64,000 bases of DNA from Nitrososphaerales archaeon. Lineage in GTDB: Archaea > Thermoproteota > Nitrososphaeria > Nitrososphaerales > UBA213. Numbering within the stretch: the stretch's first letter is position 1; the number at the start of each line of letters is the position of its first letter. The stretch spans positions 512,001 to 576,000 of the forward strand of contig CBDAOC010000020.1 of assembly GCA_965197925.1 (NCBI GenBank), given 5' to 3'. Under the pieces are notes generated by a model. The model made no database searches, was not told the DNA's origin, and was given only the letters and a program-made list of their open reading frames with translations. Shown here in pieces: positions 45,595 to 57,133 of this stretch. Position numbers and translations under genes: made by a program.

Positions 45595-46643
45595 GATACC
45601 TTCACCCTAGGATCGAAAAGCCCATAGAGTAGATCAGCTATAAAGATGCCTGCAAGAAATACTAAAGTTGTGATATATGTTAGTCCAATTATCACCGGCA
45701 CATCAAAGATATTGATAGCATCAAAGTAAAGCTTACCCATTCCCGGCCAATCAAACACAGCTTCAGTAATTATGGCTCCTCCTATTGAAGCGGAAAGACC
45801 AAGGGAGACGGATGTAATTATAGGAGGGGCTGCATTCTTCAACGCATGTGAATATACCACTTTATGTTCAGGAATTCCTTCTGCTCTCTTTACCATTATG
45901 TAATCCTCGTTAAGTATACCGATTACAAAGTTTCGTACAATGTAGGCCCATGCACCAAATCCTATTAGGACCAGTGTAATTAAGGGCAATGTCATATGAT
46001 ACAGCAGCGACCATATGTAAGCAGGGTCAGTTACTGAGATCAACGGTGTAGCTCGCGCTGGAAATATTCTGTAAACAAATGCAAAAGCAAATATCATAAG
46101 CATACCAGTCCACCAAACAGGGAAGCTGCTACTTATTACCGCAAAACCTGAAGTGAGCCTGTCTACTATTGAACCTGCTTTACTTGCTGAGAATGCGCCC
46201 AGAAACAAACCTATCAGTGTTATTATCACCGTCGCCGTTGTGAAGAGTAGTATTGTTCTAGGAAGCTTCTCGAAAATTATGTCTCTAACATTATTTGAAC
46301 CGGTATCGCTTTGAAGGAAAAACGACCTGCCAAGATCAAAAAATAGTATCTTTAGCATCGTAGATCCTAACCTCTTTGGAGAATACCAAGGTTCATCCAA
46401 TCCTATTGCCTTGGAACGAGCTTCGATCAAGTTTTTCTTGTAACTTTCCAGTTCATTAGGATCCTTGAAACCGCTTATCAATGCCCTGTTGTTTGTTATT
46501 TCCTCCATAACACTCACCTCGATGGAACGCTTGAGGATATTATCCATTGTTGGTCCAACGAGAACAAGTGTAAGAAATATGACGAAGAAAAGCACAATCA
46601 CCATATTGACAGAACGTTTTAGCAGGAATCGACCGAAGCCCAT
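45591..46643 (-). CDS. Peptide/nickel ABC transporter permease (OppB/DppB-like)
   Basis: DLGRS, EDYI..KRAEG, TEAVFDWPGMG, DPRVK. Confidence 0.93.
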   Translation of the reverse strand: MGFGRFLLKRSVNMVIVLFFVIFLTLVLVGPTMDNILKRSIEVSVMEEITNNRALISGFKDPNELESYKKNLIEARSKAIGLDEPWYSPKRLGSTMLKILFFDLGRSFFLQSDTGSNNVRDIIFEKLPRTILLFTTATVIITLIGLFLGAFSASKAGSIVDRLTSGFAVISSSFPVWWTGMLMIFAFAFVYRIFPARATPLISVTDPAYIWSLLYHMTLPLITLVLIGFGAWAYIVRNFVIGILNEDYIMVKRAEGIPEHKVVYSHALKNAAPPIITSVSLGLSASIGGAIITEAVFDWPGMGKLYFDAINIFDVPVIIGLTYITTLVFLAGIFIADLLYGLFDPRVKVS

Positions 46644-46756
46644 CTCTATTCACTTATCAAGATCAAGTTTCTATTAAGCATGACATCATACCAGTTATTC
46701 AAGCCACCCCAAACCTATTGGATACATAATAGAAACTTCTAAGACAAGGTCTAGGA

Positions 46757-49744
46757 TCATTTCCTTCTTTCAATTGTGTATTTGTAGAATGTTCTTGTCG
46801 ATACTATCGAACTAATGATGAGAGTAGTTAGTACTAAAGCAGGTGTGGAAATCATTAGAAGGTGTTTATTGCTAGAAATAATTCCAAGCAATACAGAGCC
46901 TATTAAAATTCCCATTATTATCATTACAACTCGTAAAGAAAATTCATATTTTCTAATCTTCCTAATTGCGAACATTAACGGAAAGAAATACATTGTTCCT
47001 ATCAAAGAACTCGCGGTTAATCCTGCGATAATGGCACCACTTTCACCTCCAAATAGTCCAAATGCTTTCTCCGAAAGCACAAGTATTTGAATTAGTGGGT
47101 AGATAGATATTTTGACAAGTTGTTGCATCCAGATGTTGTCCCTCGCATAATCAGCTATATACGGGCTAAACGAATAATACCAAGCATTGAATATGTGCAT
47201 AAAGCTATAACCTGCCTCAGTTGTCAAAATCTTATTATCTCTGAAATTTCTCAAAAACTGCACTTCTGAACTCAATTCGGAACCAAATGTTGCAGTGGCT
47301 ATAAGGCAACCAGAGGGTTGTTGTTCGGGCTGAAGGGGCGGAGTCGGAGGAGTTGATACAGTAGGAGTTGAAAATGTTGATTCGGTTGCCAAACCTATAA
47401 CGCTTGTAGTATAGATATCGGGTTTGAGTGCTACATTACTAATGGCGAAGAGTTTCAACTGATTAGGACCAGTCGACAACTCGGCTGTGTCACTGTTTGA
47501 AAGGATTATCTCGAACTTTCCATCCGATGATGGTTTTATATTACCATTTACTACAGGACTGCCTTCCTTGTTCTTCAAGAAATAATATATCTTAACATCA
47601 CTGTATTTTGCTTTGGTCTCTATATCTCCTGATATGGTAACTGTTGAACCTAAGTTGATGGACAATGGTGAGCTAATGTTAATCAATTTTACAATCTTCG
47701 CTTCTTCGAATTCTTTCCACTTGCCCACTTCAAATGGATAGGAGTTATCTCTGAAAGCATTGAGAGTGATTGTCCTTGCTTCTGGGTTATAGTTTTGCAG
47801 AAAGAATGGACCGTTGCTTATTACCGCATGCCTCTTTTCTTCTATCCAATTTATGCTAGCATCATACCTGCCTACTGCATCAGCAGAACTTACAGATTCG
47901 CGAAGTGCAATTGGTACAAAATTATCATTTTTGAATTGTGTTAATGTATTCTTTATCTTATCGGCATTATCCGTTATTATTAAAGACAACCAGTCGACAT
48001 TCTTGGAATCGGCATCTGCTTTAGAAAAAGCGGCATTACCATCCATAACAATTTTCTCCATCGCTGCAGTGATCTCCCATGGCATGGAACTCCAAGCTCC
48101 CATATAGGCAGCTATCTCTCCTTCATCAAAATGCCAATAATCGATATATACCTCGATCTTATTTTCTGAAAGGATTCTAATGCCTTTGATTGTTTTTACG
48201 AGTGGCTCCATTTGTGATGTATATTCTGCATCGATTGTGCGATCATTCTCTCCTTCATTTGTGCCCCATTCAAAAGTAAAATACAGAGAATATAGAATAT
48301 CGCTCTCTGTCATTTCAATATCATGGTGCCATTTGCTATATGTAAGATCGTATACAACATTACTTGTTGCGTTTACATCAGAGCCAACTTTAACCCATTC
48401 TTCATTAACTGCATCCCATTTAACAGCATCAGATGGAACGATTAATTTTTCACTTGGTCCTGCTGTTGTCACTTGCCAAGAAGTCCTTATGGGTATTACA
48501 TCTCCAGTGTGGGGGTTTCTGAATGTGTCAGGATCAGTTATACCCATCCATATTCTATTTGCGTAAACGTCCCTAAATCCTCCTATAGGGTTCCAAGCTC
48601 CCTGGTAGATATGCTTGACGCCGATCTTAAGATTATCCTTGTCCTCAACAATTCCATTGATGAGTGTAAACCTACTAGTGATGCCAGCACTAAAATCATT
48701 TACAATTCTTTCCAGCTTGTTTGATGCGATATAAGGATCGATTAAACTCGCAACAAATATCCTAACTGACTCATCAATTCCTATTTTGACTGCATCCATG
48801 AGCAATCGGTCACGTTCATCTTTGCTCGTGAAATTGCCAATTAATATGCTTTGGGTTAATCTATCAAGTTCTTCGTTCTCGTAGTTCCAAGATCCCGCAA
48901 TCTGAAATCCAGGCATGTTAGCATACCATGGTGCATACATCTGCGATCCTATTATAGAGTCAAACCGAACAAAGCCTGCCCTACCTCCCCACCCCTCAGT
49001 ATAAATATGCCATCCTTGGTCCTTTGGATCTGTACCATATACTACAGTAAATGCCTTGTTTAGATCTCCAAAATCCTTTGATACAACAAACCCTATCTTT
49101 TCCAGTTCTGAAGAGATCAATTCACCCAAAGCATTTCTTCTTGGATCATCACTCCTTATCATGAACTTTACTTCTATAGGTTTATCATTATAGTACCACT
49201 TACCATCTGCCCCCTTCAAAGCTCCCTCTTCTATCATTGCATTGGTAATCATATCGTGGGCAAACTGTGGATTGTAGGTGAATCCAAAAGATTCCACTGT
49301 ATCTATTAAGATCAGGTAATCGGGGTCAAATTGGCTGAACGCAGAGAACATGGGAGAGCCGAAGCCCTTTAGAATTTCATTTACTATTAGCTGTCTATTT
49401 ATCAAGTAATTCATAGCATACCTTACTTCTTGATTTGAGAATGGGTTAAGCCCATTCGGGTCCGGAGCTGGATTCAGCAGTAAGCTAAGGGACCCACCTA
49501 CTGATTCGTATACTCTAACATTTGGATCGTTCTTATTAGCGGATACAAGTTCTAGAGGCATTCTGAAGAAGTATAGATCCAAGTTACCTGCTTTGACTTC
49601 TTGCACCGCAACACTTTCATCCAGATAATGTATGAACTGAATCTCTTCAACGTTAGGACCTCTTGGTGTTTGGCCGTAAGTATTTGGTTGAAGAGGAGCA
49701 AAAAGGATAAGCATCAACAACGCAGTAAGAACTATCCTAATCAT
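46757..49744 (-). CDS. ABC transporter family-5 substrate-binding protein with CFI-box-CTERM domain
   Basis: Signal peptide, NPFSNQEVRYAMNYLINR, SNGPF, GCLIATATFGSE. Confidence 0.92.
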   Translation of the reverse strand: MIRIVLTALLMLILFAPLQPNTYGQTPRGPNVEEIQFIHYLDESVAVQEVKAGNLDLYFFRMPLELVSANKNDPNVRVYESVGGSLSLLLNPAPDPNGLNPFSNQEVRYAMNYLINRQLIVNEILKGFGSPMFSAFSQFDPDYLILIDTVESFGFTYNPQFAHDMITNAMIEEGALKGADGKWYYNDKPIEVKFMIRSDDPRRNALGELISSELEKIGFVVSKDFGDLNKAFTVVYGTDPKDQGWHIYTEGWGGRAGFVRFDSIIGSQMYAPWYANMPGFQIAGSWNYENEELDRLTQSILIGNFTSKDERDRLLMDAVKIGIDESVRIFVASLIDPYIASNKLERIVNDFSAGITSRFTLINGIVEDKDNLKIGVKHIYQGAWNPIGGFRDVYANRIWMGITDPDTFRNPHTGDVIPIRTSWQVTTAGPSEKLIVPSDAVKWDAVNEEWVKVGSDVNATSNVVYDLTYSKWHHDIEMTESDILYSLYFTFEWGTNEGENDRTIDAEYTSQMEPLVKTIKGIRILSENKIEVYIDYWHFDEGEIAAYMGAWSSMPWEITAAMEKIVMDGNAAFSKADADSKNVDWLSLIITDNADKIKNTLTQFKNDNFVPIALRESVSSADAVGRYDASINWIEEKRHAVISNGPFFLQNYNPEARTITLNAFRDNSYPFEVGKWKEFEEAKIVKLINISSPLSINLGSTVTISGDIETKAKYSDVKIYYFLKNKEGSPVVNGNIKPSSDGKFEIILSNSDTAELSTGPNQLKLFAISNVALKPDIYTTSVIGLATESTFSTPTVSTPPTPPLQPEQQPSGCLIATATFGSELSSEVQFLRNFRDNKILTTEAGYSFMHIFNAWYYSFSPYIADYARDNIWMQQLVKISIYPLIQILVLSEKAFGLFGGESGAIIAGLTASSLIGTMYFFPLMFAIRKIRKYEFSLRVVMIIMGILIGSVLLGIISSNKHLLMISTPALVLTTLIISSIVSTRTFYKYTIERRK

Positions 49745-49773
49745 GATAAGACTTTAGGAATGAAGAATTTAAT

Positions 49774-50433
49774 ATGTATTGTGATGTGTATGCTGATTAC
49801 ATGAATTCATCTCTAATATTGAAAGCTATACAAGTGATATGCAAGGGGAGTTATTCCATTGATGAATTCGCAGTTGCTGCTGGTTTGGGCAAGAACATAG
49901 CAGAAGATCTTCTTGGATTTCTTCGGAAATATGAAATTGGTATAGTAAGTTCAGAGAAAGTAGAATTTCGAGTATCAGATAAAGTGAATGCAAGCGTGTT
50001 GGCTATACAAATGGGTGCTGATCCGGAAGATATTTCAAATTTTTTGACTTGGAAGGATTTCGAACTGCTAGCTAGAATCATGCTAGATAAGAGCGGCTAT
50101 ATTGCGGAGCATGAATTTAGAATGAAGAGACCGAGATTCGAGATAGATGTTGTTGGAATCAAAGATTCAATAGCATTGCTGATTGATTGTAAACACTGGA
50201 AGAGATGTAGTCTATCTGCGTTGGAAAGGTTTGCGTATATGCAGGTTAAGAGGGCACAAGCATTTCTTGTTTTACAAAATGATCTAAAATATGTAGTTCC
50301 AATCATACTTACTTTACATTCTGAATCAATAGTAAATGTAAAAAGAGTACCTGTAGTTCCAATAATAAAATTTAGGTCTTTTCTAAACGAAATATCTGGT
50401 TATCTTGATGAATTTAGAGTTGTTCATGTCTGA
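49774..50433 (+). CDS. Mrr-like PD-(D/E)XK nuclease-fold protein with N-terminal wHTH
   Basis: WKDFE, EIDVVG, IDCKHW. Confidence 0.8.
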   Translation: MYCDVYADYMNSSLILKAIQVICKGSYSIDEFAVAAGLGKNIAEDLLGFLRKYEIGIVSSEKVEFRVSDKVNASVLAIQMGADPEDISNFLTWKDFELLARIMLDKSGYIAEHEFRMKRPRFEIDVVGIKDSIALLIDCKHWKRCSLSALERFAYMQVKRAQAFLVLQNDLKYVVPIILTLHSESIVNVKRVPVVPIIKFRSFLNEISGYLDEFRVVHV

Positions 50434-50800
50434 CATATTCATTCTTCTTTGGAGATCCAGTCCGAAATTGTATACCATTTAAGATTTTTGTTCAACAAAT
50501 CGTAAAAATATTATTAGAGTAGTTAAAGATACAAACCTTATTCCTCCGACTTTTGGCAGATTGGATTTTGATAAAAGTAAATTTTATTGATAATAACTAT
50601 GACAATTCACAATACTGCTTAGAATTTTTAAAATTACACAATTAACGATAATTGAGGGTCTTGTTTCCTTTAGGATCTTACCTCTACCTCCGTCATCTTC
50701 AGGTCCAAGCAAGTATAGTAACCTTTGGTTAAGTTTTGATAATAAGAAAGGATAAATGTGGCTCAAAAATTATGTTGCTAGTGTTTGTAAAAAAACATGA

Positions 50801-52561
50801 TTATCCGATAACTAAGACTGTTATATATAACGCAACGGTAAGGACAAAAGAGGCTTTGGTGATATTCATGCCACGATCTAAGCCATTTGAATAAACACTA
50901 AACTGTTCACTACCCATCACCTTTACATTCGATAGTGTGTGGGACACTTCATAACTTGCATTTGTCATTCTCTCTATTGCTTTTGTTGCCATCTCAAGAT
51001 ACCACTTGCTAACATCAGCAAATGAACTCAAACTGCCAAACGTGAAGTATCCTTTAATATTTCGTGCTCTCCCCGATGTGAAATGTGTATCTGAGGTACA
51101 AACCTCAATCATCGATATATGATTTGAGGAAAGATAATGAATTATATTTTCCCGTAGGTTCTTAACCATGTTGTTGCCATCAGCCCATCCTATAGTAACC
51201 AATTTTTCATTCACTCTAATTGCCAATACGCTTAGTCCAGCCGGACCAACATCGTTAGAATTTACGCCAATTTCTGATGAATGGCAGAACCCATATTCAA
51301 AATTGAACTGTGGTTTCTTTTTGAGTTCATTCAAAGAAATTCTGCAAGCTTTTAGCATATCAGTTCTATCCTCTTCGTTAAGATGCATGCCGATAGAATT
51401 ATGTGCATCGATCACTATAGCCAGAGTGAAATCTTTTTCTTTTGCATACCTCTCTACTTCTTTTCTGATTAGAACTGGAACATCTTCCATACCATGAGGA
51501 GATAATGTCAAAAATAATAATGCCACTTTCCCATAAGCAATACTGGTAACATATGCCTTGTTGATCTGAATTTCTAGAGGCTCTGTGCAAGTTTTACCAT
51601 TCTCAAAAAGAGTTTTACTGCTAAGACTGTTGATGTAATATCCAACTTGTTCTTTTGATGGAAGATTTAGTGAGTGATCTGATATGCTGTGCATAACAAG
51701 TGCCTGTACCACATTTGGAGAGTATGCTTTATAGATTTCATATGGAAGATTACTCCCACCAACGGGGTAGAACGGGCCGGGATGCAAGTCAGGAACTACT
51801 ATCCCTGATTTACCAAACGTTGTTTTGAAGAATAATGTGTAAGTGTTTAACCTTGACTCATGTGCTCTACTTTCAATGATGTTCTCCAATGATTTTGGAT
51901 TAAGATCAGTCCAAGCCAGCAAATAAGCCTGAAGTACCCTGAATAAACTTTTGACACTAGGTCTTCCAGCTCTGTCAGTTATAACAGACCAGATCGAGGC
52001 TATTGTGATGAATGAAAGACCAAATCCTAGACTTACGTGGTCTACAAAATGAAACGGAATAGATTCTATAGGCATGAAGGCTACTAAGAAGAGTAATGGT
52101 AGTATGGTAGAAGCTAATATTGATCGAGGTAAACCTGCACCAAATACGGATGTGAATACGATTATTCTAAAACCGATTGTAAGGAAAAAGCCGATAACGA
52201 TATAATGAGAATCTATAATAGGCTTTGAGAAAACATAAGCCGCAGTCACTCCTAAAACTATAGTAATTAGCCAAATAATGTTTGCAAAGGCAGATGTATG
52301 GTAGATCTTTGTAAGTTTCGCAACGGGTAAGTTATTCAGCATTACGAAATCAATCATATTTGCGGCATAAAGAACTACTAGTGATAAAGGTAGTACTATA
52401 GTAAGCTCAGATAATGGGATCTGTAGATAGTAAACATAAGATAAGACAACTATTAGTGATGCACAGAGAAATGAAATTAGCAGTGATGTTATATGGGATT
52501 CTGGATTTATTAGTGTAAGATAGAATCTCTTGTGTATTCTGCCAACAGATTCTTCACTCAT
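50801..52561 (-). CDS. DUF2070 family membrane protein
   Basis: TM N-half; HPGPF.PVGGSNLP, DAHN, DGNN, SDTH. Confidence 0.88.
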   Translation of the reverse strand: MSEESVGRIHKRFYLTLINPESHITSLLISFLCASLIVVLSYVYYLQIPLSELTIVLPLSLVVLYAANMIDFVMLNNLPVAKLTKIYHTSAFANIIWLITIVLGVTAAYVFSKPIIDSHYIVIGFFLTIGFRIIVFTSVFGAGLPRSILASTILPLLFLVAFMPIESIPFHFVDHVSLGFGLSFITIASIWSVITDRAGRPSVKSLFRVLQAYLLAWTDLNPKSLENIIESRAHESRLNTYTLFFKTTFGKSGIVVPDLHPGPFYPVGGSNLPYEIYKAYSPNVVQALVMHSISDHSLNLPSKEQVGYYINSLSSKTLFENGKTCTEPLEIQINKAYVTSIAYGKVALLFLTLSPHGMEDVPVLIRKEVERYAKEKDFTLAIVIDAHNSIGMHLNEEDRTDMLKACRISLNELKKKPQFNFEYGFCHSSEIGVNSNDVGPAGLSVLAIRVNEKLVTIGWADGNNMVKNLRENIIHYLSSNHISMIEVCTSDTHFTSGRARNIKGYFTFGSLSSFADVSKWYLEMATKAIERMTNASYEVSHTLSNVKVMGSEQFSVYSNGLDRGMNITKASFVLTVALYITVLVIG

Positions 52562-52564
52562 GGG

Positions 52565-52738
52565 TCATGCAGGAAATAATATCCTTATAAGTATAGATAC
52601 CCCAGTGAGGGACCCAGCAATAGCAAAGACGATCTCCGGTCTTATCTTAAATCCTTTTGTCTCATCCTCAAAGAACCTTAGTAAGCCTGCGCTTGAAGCA
52701 GGCAAAGGAGCAGATTTTTTGCTTTTTCGTGAGCTCAT
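52565..52738 (-). CDS. Preprotein translocase subunit Sec61-beta (57 aa, not in ORF track)
   Basis: MSSRKSKKSAPLPASSAGLLRFFEDETKGFKIRPE plus TM helix. Confidence 0.92.
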   Translation of the reverse strand: MSSRKSKKSAPLPASSAGLLRFFEDETKGFKIRPEIVFAIAGSLTGVSILIRILFPA

Positions 52739-52778
52739 ATTCAGCTATTTAATCTCCTAAAATATAATAAATATCTTG

Positions 52779-53150
52779 CTATGAAGATTTGTATTCATTT
52801 GATATCTTCTCAAGTACTACTAAGTAATTCCTGATCAATTCTGTCAAATCTGCCTGCTTGTTATGATCTTTTTCAGATTTTAAAGCCGGGAGCAACTCAC
52901 TGATTTTTAGCAAAACTATTTTTCTAAGTTCTATTACAACTTCTCCAGTTTCTATTTGTCTATCACTAGTTTTTGCCTGCTTTTTACCATTTTCTGTAAA
53001 TTCAATATCTTCCTCGTTTCCACAATTCACACAAATGAGCTTACCAGAAAACTTTACCTGGACCCCAGCACATATAGAACAGGATTCACTAACAAGCGTA
53101 CCACCTTTTCTGATTAGCTCTGCCGCTGTATTCATGCGTTCCTTGCTCAA
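52779..53150 (-). CDS. Sjogren/scleroderma autoantigen 1 (p27) family zinc-ribbon protein
   Basis: AELIRKGGTLVSESCSIC...CVNC. Confidence 0.85.
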   Translation of the reverse strand: MSKERMNTAAELIRKGGTLVSESCSICAGVQVKFSGKLICVNCGNEEDIEFTENGKKQAKTSDRQIETGEVVIELRKIVLLKISELLPALKSEKDHNKQADLTELIRNYLVVLEKISNEYKSS

Positions 53151-53271
53151 AACTATATTTAATTTGGCAAAGTATCATAAAAACAATACGTATCGTGGTT
53201 TCGAATAGTAATAAATACATCGACTAATCTAAATTAAGCCAAGGGAAGGAAGGCTTAATAATCGGATATGT

Positions 53272-53595
53272 ATGAATTTTTCATTGATAGTGATTATCTG
53301 CAAAAAATGCGGACTACCAGATGATTTATGTGCCTGTGGCGAACTAGAAAAGGAGGAGACTAGGATTGTTGTACGTCTCGAAAAGAGGCGATTTAATAAG
53401 CCTACTACGATGATAGAAGGTTTTAATCCTAAACTTGCTGACTTGGATAAGATTGTAAAAAAGCTGAAAAATCGTTTAGCATGTGGAGGAACAACAAAAG
53501 AAGGTTATATTATGTTGCAGGGTGATCATAGAGATGTTATAAAAAACCATTTGATTGATCTAGGATTTAAGGAATCTTCAATAGACGTTCATTAA
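53272..53595 (+). CDS. Translation initiation factor SUI1 (aIF-1)
   Basis: CGLPDDLCAC, LACGGT, LQGDHR. Confidence 0.95.
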   Translation: MNFSLIVIICKKCGLPDDLCACGELEKEETRIVVRLEKRRFNKPTTMIEGFNPKLADLDKIVKKLKNRLACGGTTKEGYIMLQGDHRDVIKNHLIDLGFKESSIDVH

Positions 53596-53596
53596 G

Positions 53597-54628
53597 GTGC
53601 AAGTAATGCACCTAAAGTCTGTTTTTTGGAATTTCCTCCAGCTTTTTTATTCTGCTATTATAGGAACAATATTCGTTCTAATGATCCTATCCTTTCCATT
53701 AGGAGCCTATGTCATTTTCAATACAGACCTGGGTTCAACTATAACTGACGAAATTCCTTTAGACAGTTTTTACATATTCCTGGGAGGTCTTGCGGTAGAT
53801 CTACCTGTAAAAAATGAATTAGGAGAGATATTTATTATAATATGGTGTTTTTACCTGTTCTTCTTTGCTATACTCATGCTTGGTCCCACGAAGAACATCT
53901 TGCAGTCACTCGTCAAAGGTCAAGGAGGAAACGAACATGCCCATAGAGATAATGCGCTGGTTATGGTTATTTTATCACTAGCTGTATTACTTGTAATATC
54001 AAAGGCATTAGAGATTGTACAACAGTCAGTAGGAATTAGCACAGGTGCCGTTGAATTTTCTAACCCATTGATCCAGTTCTTTAACATAACAGCTGCCCCA
54101 ATACGAGAAGAGCTGGGTTTCAGAGTTGTTTTAATAGGCATACCTGCATACATTATTCTGGCAAAAAGACATTCTCTTGCATATTTCTTCAAGACATTGT
54201 GGTATCCAAACAGGCATATTGTAAACCACCGAAACACGTGTAAGGATATGTACTTGTTGATAACTCTAAGCGCAATAATCTTCGGATTGGCACATCTTTT
54301 CTATGGTGGCGGATGGAGTTACGGCAAGATCACCCAAGCTATGATTGGGGGATGGATCATCGGGTGGCTTTATTATAGATACGGTCTGCATTCTGCGATA
54401 TTAATGCACTGGAGTACTAATTACTTCATATTTTCTTATGGTTACTTTGGGAATACGGTTTGGGGTTTTAGCGAGAATATCACGAGTGATAATCCATTAC
54501 TTGGGGTTATTGACTTCTTACTTACAATAGCGGGAATAATTACAGTTGGTATTTTTTTGCAAAAAAAGATAAAGGAGTACATTAACGTAAAGGAACAAAA
54601 TAGTTTTAAAGACAGTAATATTATGTAG
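53597..54628 (+). CDS. CPBP (CAAX/Abi) intramembrane metalloprotease
   Basis: APIREELGFR, FGLAH, HWSTN. Confidence 0.9.
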   Translation: MQVMHLKSVFWNFLQLFYSAIIGTIFVLMILSFPLGAYVIFNTDLGSTITDEIPLDSFYIFLGGLAVDLPVKNELGEIFIIIWCFYLFFFAILMLGPTKNILQSLVKGQGGNEHAHRDNALVMVILSLAVLLVISKALEIVQQSVGISTGAVEFSNPLIQFFNITAAPIREELGFRVVLIGIPAYIILAKRHSLAYFFKTLWYPNRHIVNHRNTCKDMYLLITLSAIIFGLAHLFYGGGWSYGKITQAMIGGWIIGWLYYRYGLHSAILMHWSTNYFIFSYGYFGNTVWGFSENITSDNPLLGVIDFLLTIAGIITVGIFLQKKIKEYINVKEQNSFKDSNIM

Positions 54629-54632
54629 CGTT

Positions 54633-55154
54633 ATGACCATTACTGGCAAGAGTGAATTTGTTAAACTTGTAGAAAAATACCATTGTATATACCCTTTTAC
54701 ACATGTTCTTCTTGATGGTGATGGATACGTTCTTACAATGAAGGACGAAGTTACACTAAACTACTTGGAGCATAGGAATATGATATCTAATGAGGTGGTC
54801 TTTGCACCCCCAAATTATGTGGCACATCTAACTGCCAAGAGTAAGTACGGAAGGCTTGGTCTTTCATTCCTAAATGCCGCTAAGGTTCACAGCGGCTTCG
54901 TGGGGAGACTGGCCCTAGAACTAGTAAATTTAAGCAACGAACGCACGCCCATCACAATCAAGCATGGTAGTCCGCTCATACATGTAGAATTCATTAGTAG
55001 GAGTGGTGACCCATCCCCATACGAGGGAGAATTTCAGTTTCAATATATGGATGAACATGAAGTTGGTTTATACATGGATGTGATAAGTAGGGAATTCTCC
55101 GAAGCCTTTGATATAACTAGACTTCAAGATAAAGTAAAGAAAAGAGTTCTTTGA
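54633..55154 (+). CDS. dcd: dCTP deaminase family protein
   Basis: AKSKYGRLGL, VHSGFVGRLALELVN, Y.G.FQ.Q. Confidence 0.8.
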   Translation: MTITGKSEFVKLVEKYHCIYPFTHVLLDGDGYVLTMKDEVTLNYLEHRNMISNEVVFAPPNYVAHLTAKSKYGRLGLSFLNAAKVHSGFVGRLALELVNLSNERTPITIKHGSPLIHVEFISRSGDPSPYEGEFQFQYMDEHEVGLYMDVISREFSEAFDITRLQDKVKKRVL

Positions 55155-55269
55155 TCAGATTCTTTAATAGATACCCTTCAAAAAATAGCTCCAACTATGA
55201 GGTAATAGTATTTTTAAAAAGTTAATTACTATAAACAAATTTAAGTAACTACGATTTTAGATTTGACCG

Positions 55270-55782
55270 ATGTCTAAGGGTGACGATACTAAGTACAAGA
55301 AAGGAGGAAAAAACATCTACAATGGTATCGTCAGATTGGTATCGTTCATACAGAGAGCACTGGAAACAGGAAAGTCAAACTACGGTGAAATGAATGAGAT
55401 TGATAAATATTTTACATATTGTATGAGGGCTCATGCTGATGATATTTCTTTGCACATGGACAATATACTGAATAAATATAAGAACGATATTCGATATAAA
55501 CAATTTAGGGATGATCTACTTGGGGTTTTTAGGAATATTGATAAAAATGGCATAAATGCGTATGAGAAACTCCTTACCACAAATGGGAGAATAAACAAAA
55601 ACCTTCTAGAACAATTGGTTCAGTTCGATACAGAAATAACTGCATCCATGAACATGATCAAAACCGCTTTTATGATTGCCAAGAACCATGGTGAGCTGAC
55701 CGAAGAGGAAATACATGAAATATCCTGTATGGTGAATGAACTAATGAAAACTATTTCCAAAAGAAAAAAAATAGTGAAGTGA
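55270..55782 (+). CDS. Hypothetical alpha-helical protein
   Basis: 170-aa intact ORF. Confidence 0.65.
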   Translation: MSKGDDTKYKKGGKNIYNGIVRLVSFIQRALETGKSNYGEMNEIDKYFTYCMRAHADDISLHMDNILNKYKNDIRYKQFRDDLLGVFRNIDKNGINAYEKLLTTNGRINKNLLEQLVQFDTEITASMNMIKTAFMIAKNHGELTEEEIHEISCMVNELMKTISKRKKIVK

Positions 55783-56041
55783 ATTTATCATTTAACATAT
55801 ACTGGAGTTTTATTCATTGGTGTAAGAGTAGGAGGCGATTAAAGGGTTCAGGAGAAAATTTCTAGCGCGTACGTGTTCTCACTTTCATCTCTAGCTTTTA
55901 CCTATTCTAATAGATTAATACTGTTAATATATTTCATTCATGATTAAAAATTTAGCCAAGTCTACTTTTTAATCGGAATTATATAAACAAAACTTCTTTC
56001 ACTAAACTATTATTGGTTATAGAAGATTCTGATAATTAGAT

Positions 56042-57133
56042 GAGGCATGGGCATTATTCCATATAACAAAAATAACTTGATGCCTCTGATTGATTAACTT
56101 CCCAACATGTGCTTCAATGCCCTTAATGGTCTTCCTGTCAAGTAGTTATAGTATACCATCAGCTGGTATAGCAATATAGAAATCAGAACGATGCTCCTAG
56201 CTTTATCAAATCCTCTAACTGGCAATGGATCTATGGTAAATACATCCTTCATATGCTCTATCAATGGTTCAACGCTTATGCTTCTTTGCGAATATACATG
56301 CTGCCCATATTCAGAGTTATAGAACTGCAGCAATGCCAGTCTATTATCTGTAGTATGCTTGTACCTTTCCAATGGGAATACTGGATGCCCTCTATACCTG
56401 CTGAAATCACATAACTTGTGATCATCATATCCTTCATCTCCTACAACATACCTTACCATTCCTGTAGGCAATGAAGATGTTATGCTTTCATACATCTTGT
56501 TATCAGTAATGTTAGCTGTTGTGAAATCAGCTGACAATGGAACTATCAACGAACCTGTGCTAGATGCTAGATGCATCTTGTATCCGAATATCCATCCCTT
56601 GGTTCTGCTGTAGCCCCATCGAGCATCTGTATCTATACCGGAGCGTGGCACTTCATTCTTCTTCATGCTAGATTTGTGCCATACATGTCCCTTTGCTTTC
56701 AACAAGGAACTATCAACGGATACTATGGCTGGGTCTACCAACCCATCTTTTATGAAGAGCATACCCATAGCACCTATCCTTGATCTTATGTCAATTGATA
56801 TGGCCTTGAACCTTCTATCAAACGTCCTTCTGTCTGGTAATCTATCAAGACCACATGCCTTCATTACCTTCCTGTTGTATGGCATGTCTATCGAATAGTA
56901 TTCATGCAAAGCATTGTTGCCTGGTATTCTTACCCATACTCTAACGATGAAGCATCTACCATAACTGTAGGAGAATAGTAGAATGGTCTACCCCTTTTCC
57001 TATTAGGTTTTGACCAAGGAATCACGTCAATCAAAAATAATATACGAAGGAGTATCGAGTCTGAGCTAAACATATCAACAATAAAAACTAGAACCTGATC
57101 TTATCGTTTCGAACTAAATTACGCCCAAGCCTC
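56042..57133 (-). mobile_element. IS982-like insertion sequence, copy D, lacking the 73-bp insert, with 8-bp TSD
   Basis: TIRs GAGGCATGGGC / GCCCAAGCCTC; AATTAGAT at 56034-56041 and 57134-57141; transposase ORF 56094-56909 with one upstream frameshift near 56958. Confidence 0.93.
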
